Positions 27,010-36,452 of a stretch of DNA of 37,838 bases are shown in pieces. The translations under genes were made by a program, and so were the position numbers. The stretch lies in NCBI GenBank assembly GCA_035269445.1, contig DATFJC010000015.1, positions 1 through 37,838 of the forward strand, in the 5' to 3' direction. The stretch is from Patescibacteria group bacterium (GTDB taxonomy: Bacteria > Patescibacteriota > Patescibacteriia > UBA2591 > UBA6264). The notes below the pieces were generated by a model. That model was given only the letters and a program-made list of their open reading frames with translations. It was not told where the DNA came from and did not search any database. Positions within the stretch are counted from its first letter, which is position 1. The number at the start of each line of letters is the position of its first letter.

Positions 27010-27402
27010 TTATCCTATAATTAAAAAAGTAATAATAGATACAACCCCTGTAACAAATCCGCCCCAAGCAATATCTACCCAAACACTAATTACCGGCCAA
27101 TTTTTTAAGGTTATAAGATTGGTAAGGTCGTAGGTAGCATAAGCTATTATACCAAAAAGTGATCCCAATAAAAAAACATTTAACAAGGAAGCTCCACTAT
27201 TAAGGGCTGGCTTTATTATAAACATGAAAATTCCAAAACTATAAAGAGGATAAAAAATTAAAGCAGGCCAAAGTTTAAACTTAGCAACAAAAAAGTTTCC
27301 TAAATGTTTTTGATAAAACTTTTTTGCTATTACCCCAAGCCATAAAGAATCTATAATTAAGAAGCTTACTAAAATAATAAAAAAGGTTAATAACTGTTTC
27401 AT
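27010..27402 (-). CDS. DUF2177 family membrane protein
   Basis: 130 aa, 4 TM. Family-like motifs IDSLWLGVIAKKFY, YATYDLTNL..LKNWP and DIAWGG. Confidence 0.7.
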   Translation of the reverse strand: MKQLLTFFIILVSFLIIDSLWLGVIAKKFYQKHLGNFFVAKFKLWPALIFYPLYSFGIFMFIIKPALNSGASLLNVFLLGSLFGIIAYATYDLTNLITLKNWPVISVWVDIAWGGFVTGVVSIITFLIIG

Positions 27403-27440
27403 GTATTTATTTTGTTTTAATTAAAAAATTATTAGCTAAA

Positions 27441-27893
27441 CTATTTAAATTTAACTGGTATTTCTAATTTTTCTTCTAGCTCAGGCTTGCCTGAAGGATT
27501 GGCCTTTTTTAAAATTAAAGTTCCATTTTGGGTTTCTGGTTGATCAAAAACTATTTCTTCTTTAAATGATACATAATCCTCTGTCATCCATTCTTTGTCT
27601 GTCATAATATAGTTTTGGCTTAATTCTAATTCTTTTCCGTTTCTATTAACAAGTTTTATTGGAAAGCTTGCCTCAAAATACCAATTGCCACGAGCCTCTC
27701 CTTTAATCTTTAAGGGACTAGAAATTGCTTCATTTTCATTAGGCTCAAATACACGAATGAGGTCATTATGACTAATTACTTCTTCCTCTCCCTCTTCCCC
27801 ATTTGACTCTTGTTCCTGTTTTTTGGGTAGAAAATATTTTAAAGCGAGAAATATTAAAACAATAATAATGAAAAAAGTGATAACTTTTTTCAT
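27441..27893 (-). CDS. Secreted Gmad2 immunoglobulin-like domain protein
   Basis: Signal anchor, acidic linker, then ISSPLKIKGEARGNWYFEASFPIKLVNRNGKEL, typical of Gmad2 domains. Confidence 0.7.
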   Translation of the reverse strand: MKKVITFFIIIVLIFLALKYFLPKKQEQESNGEEGEEEVISHNDLIRVFEPNENEAISSPLKIKGEARGNWYFEASFPIKLVNRNGKELELSQNYIMTDKEWMTEDYVSFKEEIVFDQPETQNGTLILKKANPSGKPELEEKLEIPVKFK

Positions 27894-27925
27894 AAAATAT
27901 TAAATTACAATTTATTAAGTTTATA

Positions 27926-28135
27926 TTATTTTAAACCTTTAGTTAAAATGCAATGGTCATAAATTTCCTCAAAAGTTTGTCCACCAGATCTAGAAAATTT
28001 TTCAGCATGATCTAGGCATTTTTGTTTTGCAATATAAGGTCTAAGACTGTACCAATAAAAAGAAAAACCAATTAATAATAAAATTATTATACCTATGATC
28101 TTTTCTTTTTTAGTAAAAGCTTTCTCTTTGTTCAT
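27926..28135 (-). CDS. Small single-TM protein (69 aa)
   Basis: Open frame heading the co-directional cluster. One TM (IIGIIILLLIGFSFYWY) and two Cys in the C-terminal part. Confidence 0.5.
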   Translation of the reverse strand: MNKEKAFTKKEKIIGIIILLLIGFSFYWYSLRPYIAKQKCLDHAEKFSRSGGQTFEEIYDHCILTKGLK

Positions 28136-28228
28136 AGTTTTTCCTGATTATATTAATTATATAAAAAAATTAAATTAAGAATTTTTATGTTTATTATTTA
28201 TATTATAACATATAAAAAAATTTAAAAA

Positions 28229-28258
28229 AATAATAGGTATTTTTAAATATCTATTATT
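28229..28258 (-). terminator. Hairpin terminator after the DUF1287 gene
   Basis: AATAATAGGTAT and ATATCTATTATT are 12-nt arms with one mismatch. On the minus strand they are followed by TTTTTTTAAATTTTTTT. Confidence 0.45.
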
Positions 28259-28295
28259 ATAAAATTAATTTTAAAAAGTTATAAGTCTAAAAAGC

Positions 28296-28997
28296 TTAAT
28301 CCTTATATCTATAATGACCAGTAATTTCAAATTTAAAAAGCATATTTTCTAATTGAGGTCCGCGACTAATATTATGAACAATTAATGGTATATTATTTTG
28401 ATAGTGATTAGTTACTATCCCAATATGAGTTTTCCCTTGACCAAGATCCCAGGTTACAATATCGCCAGGTTTATAATCTTTTGGGTTTTTAGATGTTTTT
28501 AATTTTATTCCAAAACGACTAAAAAAAACTTGAAGGTTTGGAACCCTGCGATGATCAATATTTGTATCAGGAGAATTAAGGCCCCATTTTTGAGGATAAA
28601 GATGAAAATTTTCTTTCATATCTTGATGAACTTTTTCTTGCAAATCAATGTCCACTAAACGATAGGCTCTTATGATAACATCTGTACAAACTCCTTTATT
28701 CTCAGGAATATCTCCATTAGGATAATCTATTGGAAAATAGGAAGGATCATAAATAACACTCTTTTTTGTTTGCTTAATAGCTGCTTTTACTAATTTTTTA
28801 TTAAATCTATCTACAGAAGAAAAATCTATAACATTAATATTTGATACTCTCCCCTCTTCTTCTTCTTCAAGAATTACTACTTTATTATCTGTTATTTTAA
28901 AATTATTAAGAGAATGAGAAATTAAAAAAATAACAGCGGAAATAGCGATGAATCCAACTGCTAATAAAAATAGCTTAAATATTACATTTTTTTTCAT
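28296..28997 (-). CDS. DUF1287 domain protein, membrane-anchored
   Basis: TM anchor, then YPNGDIPENKGVCTDVIIRAYR...DLQEKVHQDM...NIDHRRVPNLQVFF...KPGDIVTW...HIGIV, the conserved DUF1287 blocks. Confidence 0.8.
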   Translation of the reverse strand: MKKNVIFKLFLLAVGFIAISAVIFLISHSLNNFKITDNKVVILEEEEEGRVSNINVIDFSSVDRFNKKLVKAAIKQTKKSVIYDPSYFPIDYPNGDIPENKGVCTDVIIRAYRLVDIDLQEKVHQDMKENFHLYPQKWGLNSPDTNIDHRRVPNLQVFFSRFGIKLKTSKNPKDYKPGDIVTWDLGQGKTHIGIVTNHYQNNIPLIVHNISRGPQLENMLFKFEITGHYRYKD

Positions 28998-29010
28998 AAA
29001 TTATTAATAT

Positions 29011-30030
29011 TTATCTACCAACTCTAAAAAATACAACATCATCATCTTTCATTATATAATCCTTCCCTTCTATTCTAATATCACCATTTTTTCTTGCATT
29101 GTTCCAGTCTCCAGCCTCAATAAGCTTTTCATATGATACTATTTCTGCTCTAATAAAATTCTTTTCAAAATCAGAGTGTATTACACCTGCTGCTTGAGGC
29201 GCAGTAGAGCCACGAGTAATAGTCCAAGCACGGCTTTCTTTTTCGCCAGTCGTGAAAAAACTAATAAGATTAAGAACATTATAAGCTTTTTTTATAATAT
29301 CAGGTATTATTTCTTTATCACCCAAATCAGCAACAACATAATCAAAATTCATGTTTTTAATTTTTTCTTTTAATTTATCTGATATATCTGATTCTTTTCC
29401 ATTTAACAAAAATAATTGCTTTTTACTAGTAAGTAAATTTAATTGAAGGCATAAATTTTTAACATCTTCGTCTTCTATTATTTTTGAAGCTGCTAATAGC
29501 CTACCTTCATCTAATACATCACTGATTTTTTTTAATAATTCGTATTCTTTTTTACTTTTTTTGTCACCAGTTTTTATTTTCTTTTCTGTATTATTAATAT
29601 TACCTTCTACAACTTTTAAGTCTTTTAATATTAATTCATTTTCAATAATTTCAATATCACGCATGGGGTCAGTATTGCCTTCTACGTGAATTATATTTCT
29701 ACCCTTAAAACAGCGAACAATATGTAATATAGCATCTGTTTCTTTTATGTGAGAAAGAAATTTATTGCCAAGCCCTTCCCCATTGTTAGCTCCTTTTACA
29801 AGTCCAGCTATATCATAAAATTCTACCACAGCTGGTATTTCTTTTTTTGAGCTAGAAAGCTTTGTTAACTCATCTAACCTTTTATCAGGAACAGGAACTA
29901 CCCCCATATTAGGGTCAATGGTTGCAAAAGGATAATTTTCGCTTTTAACTGATTGTTTGGTTAAAATATTAAATAATGTAGATTTTCCTACATTTGGTAA
30001 ACCAATGATACCAATAGATAATTTAGACAT
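29011..30030 (-). CDS. ychF: Ribosome-binding ATPase YchF
   Basis: G1 GIIGLPNVGKSTLFN, YPFATIDPN, DIAGLVKGA, and a C-terminal TGS-like region (FFTTGEKESRAWTI..GSTAPQAAGVIHSDFEKNFIRAE). Confidence 0.95.
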   Translation of the reverse strand: MSKLSIGIIGLPNVGKSTLFNILTKQSVKSENYPFATIDPNMGVVPVPDKRLDELTKLSSSKKEIPAVVEFYDIAGLVKGANNGEGLGNKFLSHIKETDAILHIVRCFKGRNIIHVEGNTDPMRDIEIIENELILKDLKVVEGNINNTEKKIKTGDKKSKKEYELLKKISDVLDEGRLLAASKIIEDEDVKNLCLQLNLLTSKKQLFLLNGKESDISDKLKEKIKNMNFDYVVADLGDKEIIPDIIKKAYNVLNLISFFTTGEKESRAWTITRGSTAPQAAGVIHSDFEKNFIRAEIVSYEKLIEAGDWNNARKNGDIRIEGKDYIMKDDDVVFFRVGR

Positions 30031-30131
30031 ACCTTTTATTTATGTTTTAATTATTATTTTTTAATTTAATATATTTTATTAATAATAAACCTTTTTTGTG
30101 GCTGAATATCGTTTATCTTAGCTTTACTCTT

Positions 30132-31910
30132 TTAAGCTTTGCCACCTTTTCTGGTTAAATATTTTTTTCTTAATCTGATATTTTTGGGGGTAATTTCTAA
30201 AAATTCATCTTCTTTCATAATTTTCAACCCTCTTTCTAGGGTTATTTCTGTTGGAGGAGTTAAAATAACAGAATCATCAGAACCCGCAGCTCTCATATTA
30301 GTTAAACTTTTTCCTTTAATTGGGTTTACCCACATATCATTCCCCTTTGCTACATTTCCTATTACCATTCCGCTGTAAACTTCAGTGGTTGGGTGAATAT
30401 AAATTATACCCCTTTCTCCTAAATTAGACAAATCATAAGCCAAGGCCTTTCCATCTGCCATTGATATCATAGAGCCAAATTCATATTTGTCAATATCGCC
30501 CGCATATTCTTTAAATCCTATAACACGACTAGTAAAAATACCCTTACCTTTTGTATCAATAATAAAGTCTCCTCGATAACCCAAAATACCACGAGTTGGG
30601 GCATTAAAAACTAGCCTTTGATGATCTTGTTCTAGTTTCATATCAATTAGCTTGGCTTTTCTTTTAGACAATTTCTCAATTACCATTCCCACCATTTCAT
30701 TTGGGACATCTATTGTTATTTCCTCATATGGTTCTTTTTTTATTCCTCCCTCATCTTTAATAATTACCTTGGGTTGGGAAACCTGCATTTCAAAATTTTC
30801 TCTTCTCATGTTTTCCAAAAGAACAGCAATGTGTAATTCTCCCCTACCATAAATTTTAAATTGCCCATTTGTTGTATTAAAATCAATTTTTAAACCCACA
30901 TTAACTTCTAATTCTTTTTCTAATCTTGCTTTTAATTTGCTACTAGTTACATATTTGCCATCTCTTCCAGCAAAAGGAGAGCTATTTATCATTAAATTCA
31001 AAGAAATTGTTGGTTCATCAATTTTAATGGCTGGCAATGTTTCTTGATTCTTATCTTCGCAAATTGTTTCTCCAATATATATATCTGGCAACCCAGCTAT
31101 CATTACAATATCACCGGCTGATGCTTCCTCAACTTCTTTTTTGTTTAATCCATAAAAAGTAAATAAATTAGTTATTTTACCTGTCCTGCATTTACCCTCT
31201 CTTCCTTTTATAATTACATTCATGCCATTTTTTACCTTACCTTCATATATCCTACTAACAGCCATTCTTCCTAAATAATTATTATAAGCTAAGTTAAAAG
31301 ATTGCATTCTTAAGGGTTTTTCTTTTGCTTTATCACTTGAAGCTGGTTTTACCTTTTCTAGTATTAAATCTAGAAGTGGAAATAAATTTTTACCTTTATC
31401 TTTTAATTTTCTTTTTGCTATACCCTTTTTTGATATAGCATAAATTGTTTCAAAATCAAACTGGTTATTACTTGCTCCTAGCTCCATAAATAATTCTAAA
31501 ATCATGTCATGAACCTTATCTGGTCTGGCAGCTGGCTTATCTATCTTGTTAATAACTACTATTGGTTTTAAATTAAGTTCTAACGACTTTCTTAATACAA
31601 ATTTTGTTTGAGGCATAGGACCTTCCTGGGCATCCACTAAAAGTAAAACAGAATCAATAGATCTTAAAATTCTTTCTACCTCTGAACTAAAATCAGCGTG
31701 TCCAGGGGTATCAACAATGTTTATTTTTGTATTCTTGTATATTAAAGAGGTGTTTTTTGAATAAATTGTAATTCCCCTTTCTTTTTCTAAGGTATCCGAA
31801 TCCATGCTAACATCTTTGTCAGCCATTTTGGTTTGATGCATTAGGGCATCAGTTAAGGTTGTTTTTCCATGATCTACATGGGCAATAATTGCAATATTTC
31901 TTATTTCCAT
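30132..31910 (-). CDS. typA: Translational GTPase TypA/BipA
   Basis: [34 protein letters not shown]. 592 aa with EF-G-like domains and the BipA C-terminal domain. Confidence 0.95.
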   Translation of the reverse strand: MEIRNIAIIAHVDHGKTTLTDALMHQTKMADKDVSMDSDTLEKERGITIYSKNTSLIYKNTKINIVDTPGHADFSSEVERILRSIDSVLLLVDAQEGPMPQTKFVLRKSLELNLKPIVVINKIDKPAARPDKVHDMILELFMELGASNNQFDFETIYAISKKGIAKRKLKDKGKNLFPLLDLILEKVKPASSDKAKEKPLRMQSFNLAYNNYLGRMAVSRIYEGKVKNGMNVIIKGREGKCRTGKITNLFTFYGLNKKEVEEASAGDIVMIAGLPDIYIGETICEDKNQETLPAIKIDEPTISLNLMINSSPFAGRDGKYVTSSKLKARLEKELEVNVGLKIDFNTTNGQFKIYGRGELHIAVLLENMRRENFEMQVSQPKVIIKDEGGIKKEPYEEITIDVPNEMVGMVIEKLSKRKAKLIDMKLEQDHQRLVFNAPTRGILGYRGDFIIDTKGKGIFTSRVIGFKEYAGDIDKYEFGSMISMADGKALAYDLSNLGERGIIYIHPTTEVYSGMVIGNVAKGNDMWVNPIKGKSLTNMRAAGSDDSVILTPPTEITLERGLKIMKEDEFLEITPKNIRLRKKYLTRKGGKA

Positions 31911-31983
31911 ATTCTTGATTAATTTTATTTAAAGATTATATTATTTTAATATTCTTGTTTTTCATATAAAAAAATAAGAATAT

Positions 31984-32008
31984 AAATCATCTCAAATTGA
32001 GATGATTT
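31984..32008. terminator. Hairpin between tRNA-Gln and typA (likely end of the dnaX/tRNA transcript)
   Basis: AAATCATCTC-AAATT-GAGATGATTT forms a 10-bp stem. It is followed by TTTTAT on + and, on the minus strand, by an A/T-rich tract with T-runs. Confidence 0.45.
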
Positions 32009-32207
32009 TTTATACTATATTTTCACCAACATCGAAGCCATACTAGATTATTTGCCCTAAATTTATTAAATTTAGGTTATTTTAAGGGTATCTTTATTTT
32101 TTCTAATTTTTTAGGCTTATTCTTTTTTATCTTTATAATTTAAAATTTTAATTATTATTTAAATAATAGCATAAATTAAGAATTATTTCAAGCTTAAAAA
32201 TAAAAAA

Positions 32208-32278
32208 CTCGGGGGCCAGGATTCGAACCTGGATTAGATGTTCCAGAAACACCGGTCCTGCCGTTAGACGACCCCCGA
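32208..32278 (-). tRNA. tRNA-Gln (anticodon CUG), no encoded CCA
   Basis: Hand-folded. Acceptor UCGGGGG/CCCCCGA (U1:A72, as in bacterial tRNA-Gln). Anticodon stem GGUGU/ACAUC with loop UUCUGGA. T-arm CCAGG-UUCGAAU-CCUGG. Discriminator G. Confidence 0.9.
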
Positions 32279-32281
32279 TTA

Positions 32282-33370
32282 TTATAATTTATTGCAAATT
32301 TTAATTATATTAAGCTCCAATAATAGTTGGGGTATTTTTTCATAATTTGGCCTAGTTTGCAAATTAACAAAGCTTTCTGTTGCTTGGATTAAACTATCCA
32401 TATCTTCTTTAGCAAAATCTTTAATTTGTTTTTCTACTTTTTCGTCTATTTGCCATTGTAAATTTTCATTTTCAAGGCCTATTTTAGAGAATATAACCTT
32501 TCTTAAAAAATCTATTGTATCAGATAAGAATTGTTCTAAGCTACCGCCCTTATCTAAAACCTCATTTATGACCTTAATTGCTTTATCTTTATCTTTATTA
32601 AAGATATTACTTAATAAACTTACTACCTTGCCTGTTTGGGTTGGGGGGATAACTAAACTGGCCTTATTTAAAGAAATCTTTTTATCTCCAATAGCAAAAA
32701 GTTGACTTAAAAGACTTTCAGCATCTCGAACGCAACCTTCAGATCTATAAGCTATCATTTTTAAAATATTTTCATCTACTTCAATTTTTTCTTTTTTAGC
32801 TATTTCTTTTAATCTTTTTACTATTTTTCTTAAAGAAACCTTTGTAAAATCAAATCTTTGACATCTAGAAACTATGGTTTCAGGAAGCTTATGAAATTCT
32901 GTTGTAGCTAAGATAAAAATGGCATATTCTGGAGGTTCTTCAAGGGTTTTTAAAAGGGCATTAAAAGCAGCATTTGATAACATGTGAGCTTCATCAATAA
33001 CAAAGATTTTATATTGTCCTGATCTTGGAGGAATATTGCTATGGGAAATTACATTTTTTCTAATATTATCTACACCAGTTTGAGAAGCTGCGTCTAATTC
33101 AATTAAATCTAAAAAATTGCCATTATTTAAAGACTTACAATGATTACATTTATTACAGGGTTCATATTTTCCTGGCTTTCTATTTAAGCAGTTAAGAGAT
33201 TTAGCTAAAAGCCTAGCCGTGGTTGTTTTACCTAATCCTCTGGGACCAGTAAATAAATAGGCATGTGCTAGCCTATTTTGTTTAATTTCATTTTTTAGAA
33301 TATTTATTATTTTTTCTTGTCCTATAACTTCAGAAAATTTTTTAGGACGATATTTACGATATAAAACCAT
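32282..33370 (-). CDS. dnaX: DNA polymerase III gamma/tau subunit, short form (362 aa)
   Basis: YRPKKFSEVIGQE, Walker A GPRGLGKTTTA, zinc module CNKCNHCKS, Walker B VIDEAHML and SRCQRF. No long tau C-terminal extension. Confidence 0.9.
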   Translation of the reverse strand: MVLYRKYRPKKFSEVIGQEKIINILKNEIKQNRLAHAYLFTGPRGLGKTTTARLLAKSLNCLNRKPGKYEPCNKCNHCKSLNNGNFLDLIELDAASQTGVDNIRKNVISHSNIPPRSGQYKIFVIDEAHMLSNAAFNALLKTLEEPPEYAIFILATTEFHKLPETIVSRCQRFDFTKVSLRKIVKRLKEIAKKEKIEVDENILKMIAYRSEGCVRDAESLLSQLFAIGDKKISLNKASLVIPPTQTGKVVSLLSNIFNKDKDKAIKVINEVLDKGGSLEQFLSDTIDFLRKVIFSKIGLENENLQWQIDEKVEKQIKDFAKEDMDSLIQATESFVNLQTRPNYEKIPQLLLELNIIKICNKL

Positions 33371-33381
33371 AGCTTAATCAA

Positions 33382-35874
33382 TTATTGGTTTCTTAAAATT
33401 TGTTGTTTAATTTTTTCATTTCTTTGATCTAAATCTCTTTTAATGGCACTTCTGTCTCTACCATATTTTAGAACAGAAAGATGTTTAATGGTTTTAGCAA
33501 TTTCCTTGTTACCTGGTTTTCTTTGATAACTTGATATATTAAAGGGTTCTAGATTCTGGTTATCAACCAATAGTTTAATATAGGCGTGATATTTTTCAAT
33601 ATTGGCAAGATCATAGGCATTAAAAACTGGCTTAAATTGTTTTTCTAAAAATTCTGCATCTTCAATACCAACATTAAAAGCAATGGTAGTTCCTACATTA
33701 CCAAATATAGAATCTCTTATTGAGGTATCTTGATTATTAACTAACTGGCCAATAAATTGGTGGGCCATAATTAGATTAAGGCGATATTTTCGTGCTTCAG
33801 CTAAAATAGTATTAATGCTCTCTGTTATAAAGTTTTGAAACTCATCAATATAAAGATAAAAATCTTTTCTTTTATTTTCTGGCATATCGGTTCTTCCAAG
33901 GGCAGACATCAAGATTCTTCCTACTAGGACCAGTCCTAAAAGATAAGCATTTTTTTCTCCAATTTTACCCTTTGATAAATTTACAAGCAAAATTTTTCCT
34001 TCGTCCATTATCTTTCTTAGATTAAAAGCGCTTTTTTGTTGTCCTATAATAGGCCGCATAATATCATTGGCAACAAACTGATTCAATTTACTAGCAACAT
34101 AAGGAACTACGTTTTCTAGGGCTGCCTCTCCCCCAGCCTTTTCAGCCTGTTGGATCCAAAAATTTTTAACTATCTGATTGTCACAATGATCTAATTTAAA
34201 TTTTCTAAATTGCGTATCAGATAAAACTCTAGGGATTTCCATTAAAGTGGAGCCACTTTCTGGATGTGACATAATTAAAAGACAAGCATTTCTCATGTAT
34301 TGTTCAAAAATTGGCCCTCCAGTGCGACTCAGATCATATAATTTATCAAAAATATTAATTATTTCATTTACTAAAAATGTTTTTTGTTCGGGGTAATTTG
34401 GGTCATATTGTAAAAGATTTAAACCCATGGGTCGCTTAGTATCTGCTGGGTTAAAGTATATTACATCCTCTGCTCTTTCTTTGGGTATATATTCTAAGAC
34501 GTCTTCTATTAAATCTCCATGAGGGTCTAATAAACAAACTCCCTCCCCGTTTCTTATATCTTGAATAGCAAGATTTGTCATAAAGTAAGACTTACCAGTA
34601 CCAGTTTTTCCAATTTCGTAAATATGACGTCTTCTATCTTCTTTTTTCATTTTAATCTCTGTTGTTTCACCTCTATAAATGTTTTTTCCCAAGGTAACAC
34701 CCTTATTGGGAACTTCGGCTGGAGCAGGGGCTTTTTTTGCTGTTAACCATTTAATATTGGGAATTTTGTTTGTTTTTAAGGGAAAATGATAAACACTAGT
34801 CATTTCTTCAGTATTTAGGATAAAAGATCTATTAGTGTCTAAATTTCTATAAATAAAATCATGAATTATCTTAGAGGTTTTTTTATGTTTTTTTTCAAGA
34901 CTGTTGCCATATTTATAACTACTAAATTGGGAAAAAGAGTCAACTATATTATCAAGATAAAGTTTAGCTCGCTCTTTTGTTTGGCCAGAAACTACAATTC
35001 TAATATTTACTTCCAAGCCAGCTTTGCTTGCTTTTTTTTCTACTGATTTAATCATTTCTTGTTCTTGGGGAGTGGTCTTATTTACATTTTTGTTAGGGTC
35101 ATCATCTTTATTATCATTATTAGAGCTAAAGAAAAAACTAAAAAATCCGTTTATAATTTTAAAAAAAGACATAGATTTATCACCTAGGGCTTTTTTAAAA
35201 CTTTTTCCGCTTTGCATTTCTTGGGCGATTTTAGCTCCTTTGTCATGCCAATTTTTATTAGCTGACCTAACTACAAATTGAATAGAAGCGGCATCTTCAT
35301 CAGGTATTTTGCTAAGAGAGTTAATAACTGAATTCATGGGATCATATTCTTGAGCAATATAAGTATTAATTGGTAGTACTGAGGGGTTTTTTAAGCCAAG
35401 CATTGCCCCTGCTACTTTGCCATCAGACAAGAAAATATTATAATCTTTTGTTTCTTCTATATTGGCATCGGGAAATTGTGCATGAAGTTGTTTTTTAAAA
35501 AAGCTTTCTATTGTTTCCGGCACAACTGCATAGAAAAATATTAATCCCTGCTTATTTGCCACTACCTCAAAGGAAATAACGTCAGAGTAACCTGTAAAAT
35601 AATTTTTAAAACTATTTTTTGATTTTAAGCCAGCTATAGTATCAAAGAAATTTTCCATAGGCTTAAGTAGTTCTTTAGCAGAATTGGAATTATTTTTATC
35701 TTCAGGGTCTTTTTTGGGAACGGTTATCAAAAATATTTTTCGCTTAAAAGAAAATTTATATTGATATTTTGTTTTAATAATTTTCTTTAATAAATGAAAT
35801 AAAATAAAGATCAAAATACTAATACCAAGTATTATAAAGAAAAGATATATTATAATGGAAAAAAGATTATTCAT
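33382..35874 (-). CDS. Membrane-anchored type IV secretion coupling-protein-like ATPase (TraD/TrwB/VirD4 family NTPase domain) with an unrecognised N-terminal domain of about 380 aa
   Basis: One N-terminal TM. From about residue 420: Walker A GKTGTGKS, LLDPHGD, FNPADTKRPMGLNLL, Walker B FYLYIDEFQNF and ARKYRLNLIMAHQFIGQL. Confidence 0.75.
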   Translation of the reverse strand: MNNLFSIIIYLFFIILGISILIFILFHLLKKIIKTKYQYKFSFKRKIFLITVPKKDPEDKNNSNSAKELLKPMENFFDTIAGLKSKNSFKNYFTGYSDVISFEVVANKQGLIFFYAVVPETIESFFKKQLHAQFPDANIEETKDYNIFLSDGKVAGAMLGLKNPSVLPINTYIAQEYDPMNSVINSLSKIPDEDAASIQFVVRSANKNWHDKGAKIAQEMQSGKSFKKALGDKSMSFFKIINGFFSFFFSSNNDNKDDDPNKNVNKTTPQEQEMIKSVEKKASKAGLEVNIRIVVSGQTKERAKLYLDNIVDSFSQFSSYKYGNSLEKKHKKTSKIIHDFIYRNLDTNRSFILNTEEMTSVYHFPLKTNKIPNIKWLTAKKAPAPAEVPNKGVTLGKNIYRGETTEIKMKKEDRRRHIYEIGKTGTGKSYFMTNLAIQDIRNGEGVCLLDPHGDLIEDVLEYIPKERAEDVIYFNPADTKRPMGLNLLQYDPNYPEQKTFLVNEIINIFDKLYDLSRTGGPIFEQYMRNACLLIMSHPESGSTLMEIPRVLSDTQFRKFKLDHCDNQIVKNFWIQQAEKAGGEAALENVVPYVASKLNQFVANDIMRPIIGQQKSAFNLRKIMDEGKILLVNLSKGKIGEKNAYLLGLVLVGRILMSALGRTDMPENKRKDFYLYIDEFQNFITESINTILAEARKYRLNLIMAHQFIGQLVNNQDTSIRDSIFGNVGTTIAFNVGIEDAEFLEKQFKPVFNAYDLANIEKYHAYIKLLVDNQNLEPFNISSYQRKPGNKEIAKTIKHLSVLKYGRDRSAIKRDLDQRNEKIKQQILRNQ

Positions 35875-35883
35875 AAAATTATT

Positions 35884-36384
35884 TTATTTTTTTGAATTTT
35901 CTCTTTTGGCTAAATCTAAAATTTTTTCAGTTTTAATTTTAGTTTCTTGTTCTAAAAAATATTTATTAACCCCAGGAATAAAAAATAGCCAATTTTTAAT
36001 TAAATTAACAACCTTATTAACAGCTATTTTAGCCTCTTTAATGATTTTTTTTATTTTTAGGGCAGCCTCTTCTCCCCTTTTCTTAAATTCACTTCTTTGC
36101 TTTTGGTCCATAGTATCGTAATACTTTTTTATATCTTGAGATAAAATATCTTCTATTGCTTTTAAGGTTTTGTCTTGTTTAAATTTTTCCTGAGAATCTT
36201 CTTTCTTTTTTTTAAAAACAGAATCAGGTAAATTTAAGCCTTTGTTAGTCTTTTTTTGAGGCTTTTCTTTTTTTTGATCTGGGGTGCCTTCTTGTTCTAT
36301 AGATGAAGGTTTTTCTGGATGTTTTTTTTCTGGCTCTGTTTCTGGTTTTAAGGGTATTTCTTGATTTATTTTTTCGTTTGCCAT
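35884..36384 (-). CDS. Hypothetical Lys/Glu-rich 166-aa protein, first gene of the T4CP-like/dnaX operon
   Basis: Open frame 9 nt upstream of the ATPase gene. Low-complexity, disordered-looking N-half, helical C-half, and one short hydrophobic patch (NWLFFIPGV). Confidence 0.6.
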   Translation of the reverse strand: MANEKINQEIPLKPETEPEKKHPEKPSSIEQEGTPDQKKEKPQKKTNKGLNLPDSVFKKKKEDSQEKFKQDKTLKAIEDILSQDIKKYYDTMDQKQRSEFKKRGEEAALKIKKIIKEAKIAVNKVVNLIKNWLFFIPGVNKYFLEQETKIKTEKILDLAKRENSKK

Positions 36385-36452
36385 AATTTAATTTATTCCA
36401 AATTATTTTATTTAAAACCTGTTTTTTAAAATTTCTTTTAAAACCTATTATA

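Noticed and set aside
29176-29373. 65-aa ORF antisense to ychF
   Set aside because: Shadow frame inside ychF.
30139-30852. 79-aa and 66-aa ORFs antisense to typA
   Set aside because: Shadow frames inside typA.
31936-31963. 9-codon minus-strand uORF (MKNKNIKII) in the typA leader, plus a partial duplication of the typA start region
   Set aside because: Too short and AT-rich to distinguish from chance. No SD.
34561-36121. Four short plus-strand ORFs (61-88 aa) opposite the T4CP-like gene and the 166-aa gene
   Set aside because: All are antisense to longer, motif-bearing or operon-embedded frames. Their translations are Phe/Leu/Ser low complexity.
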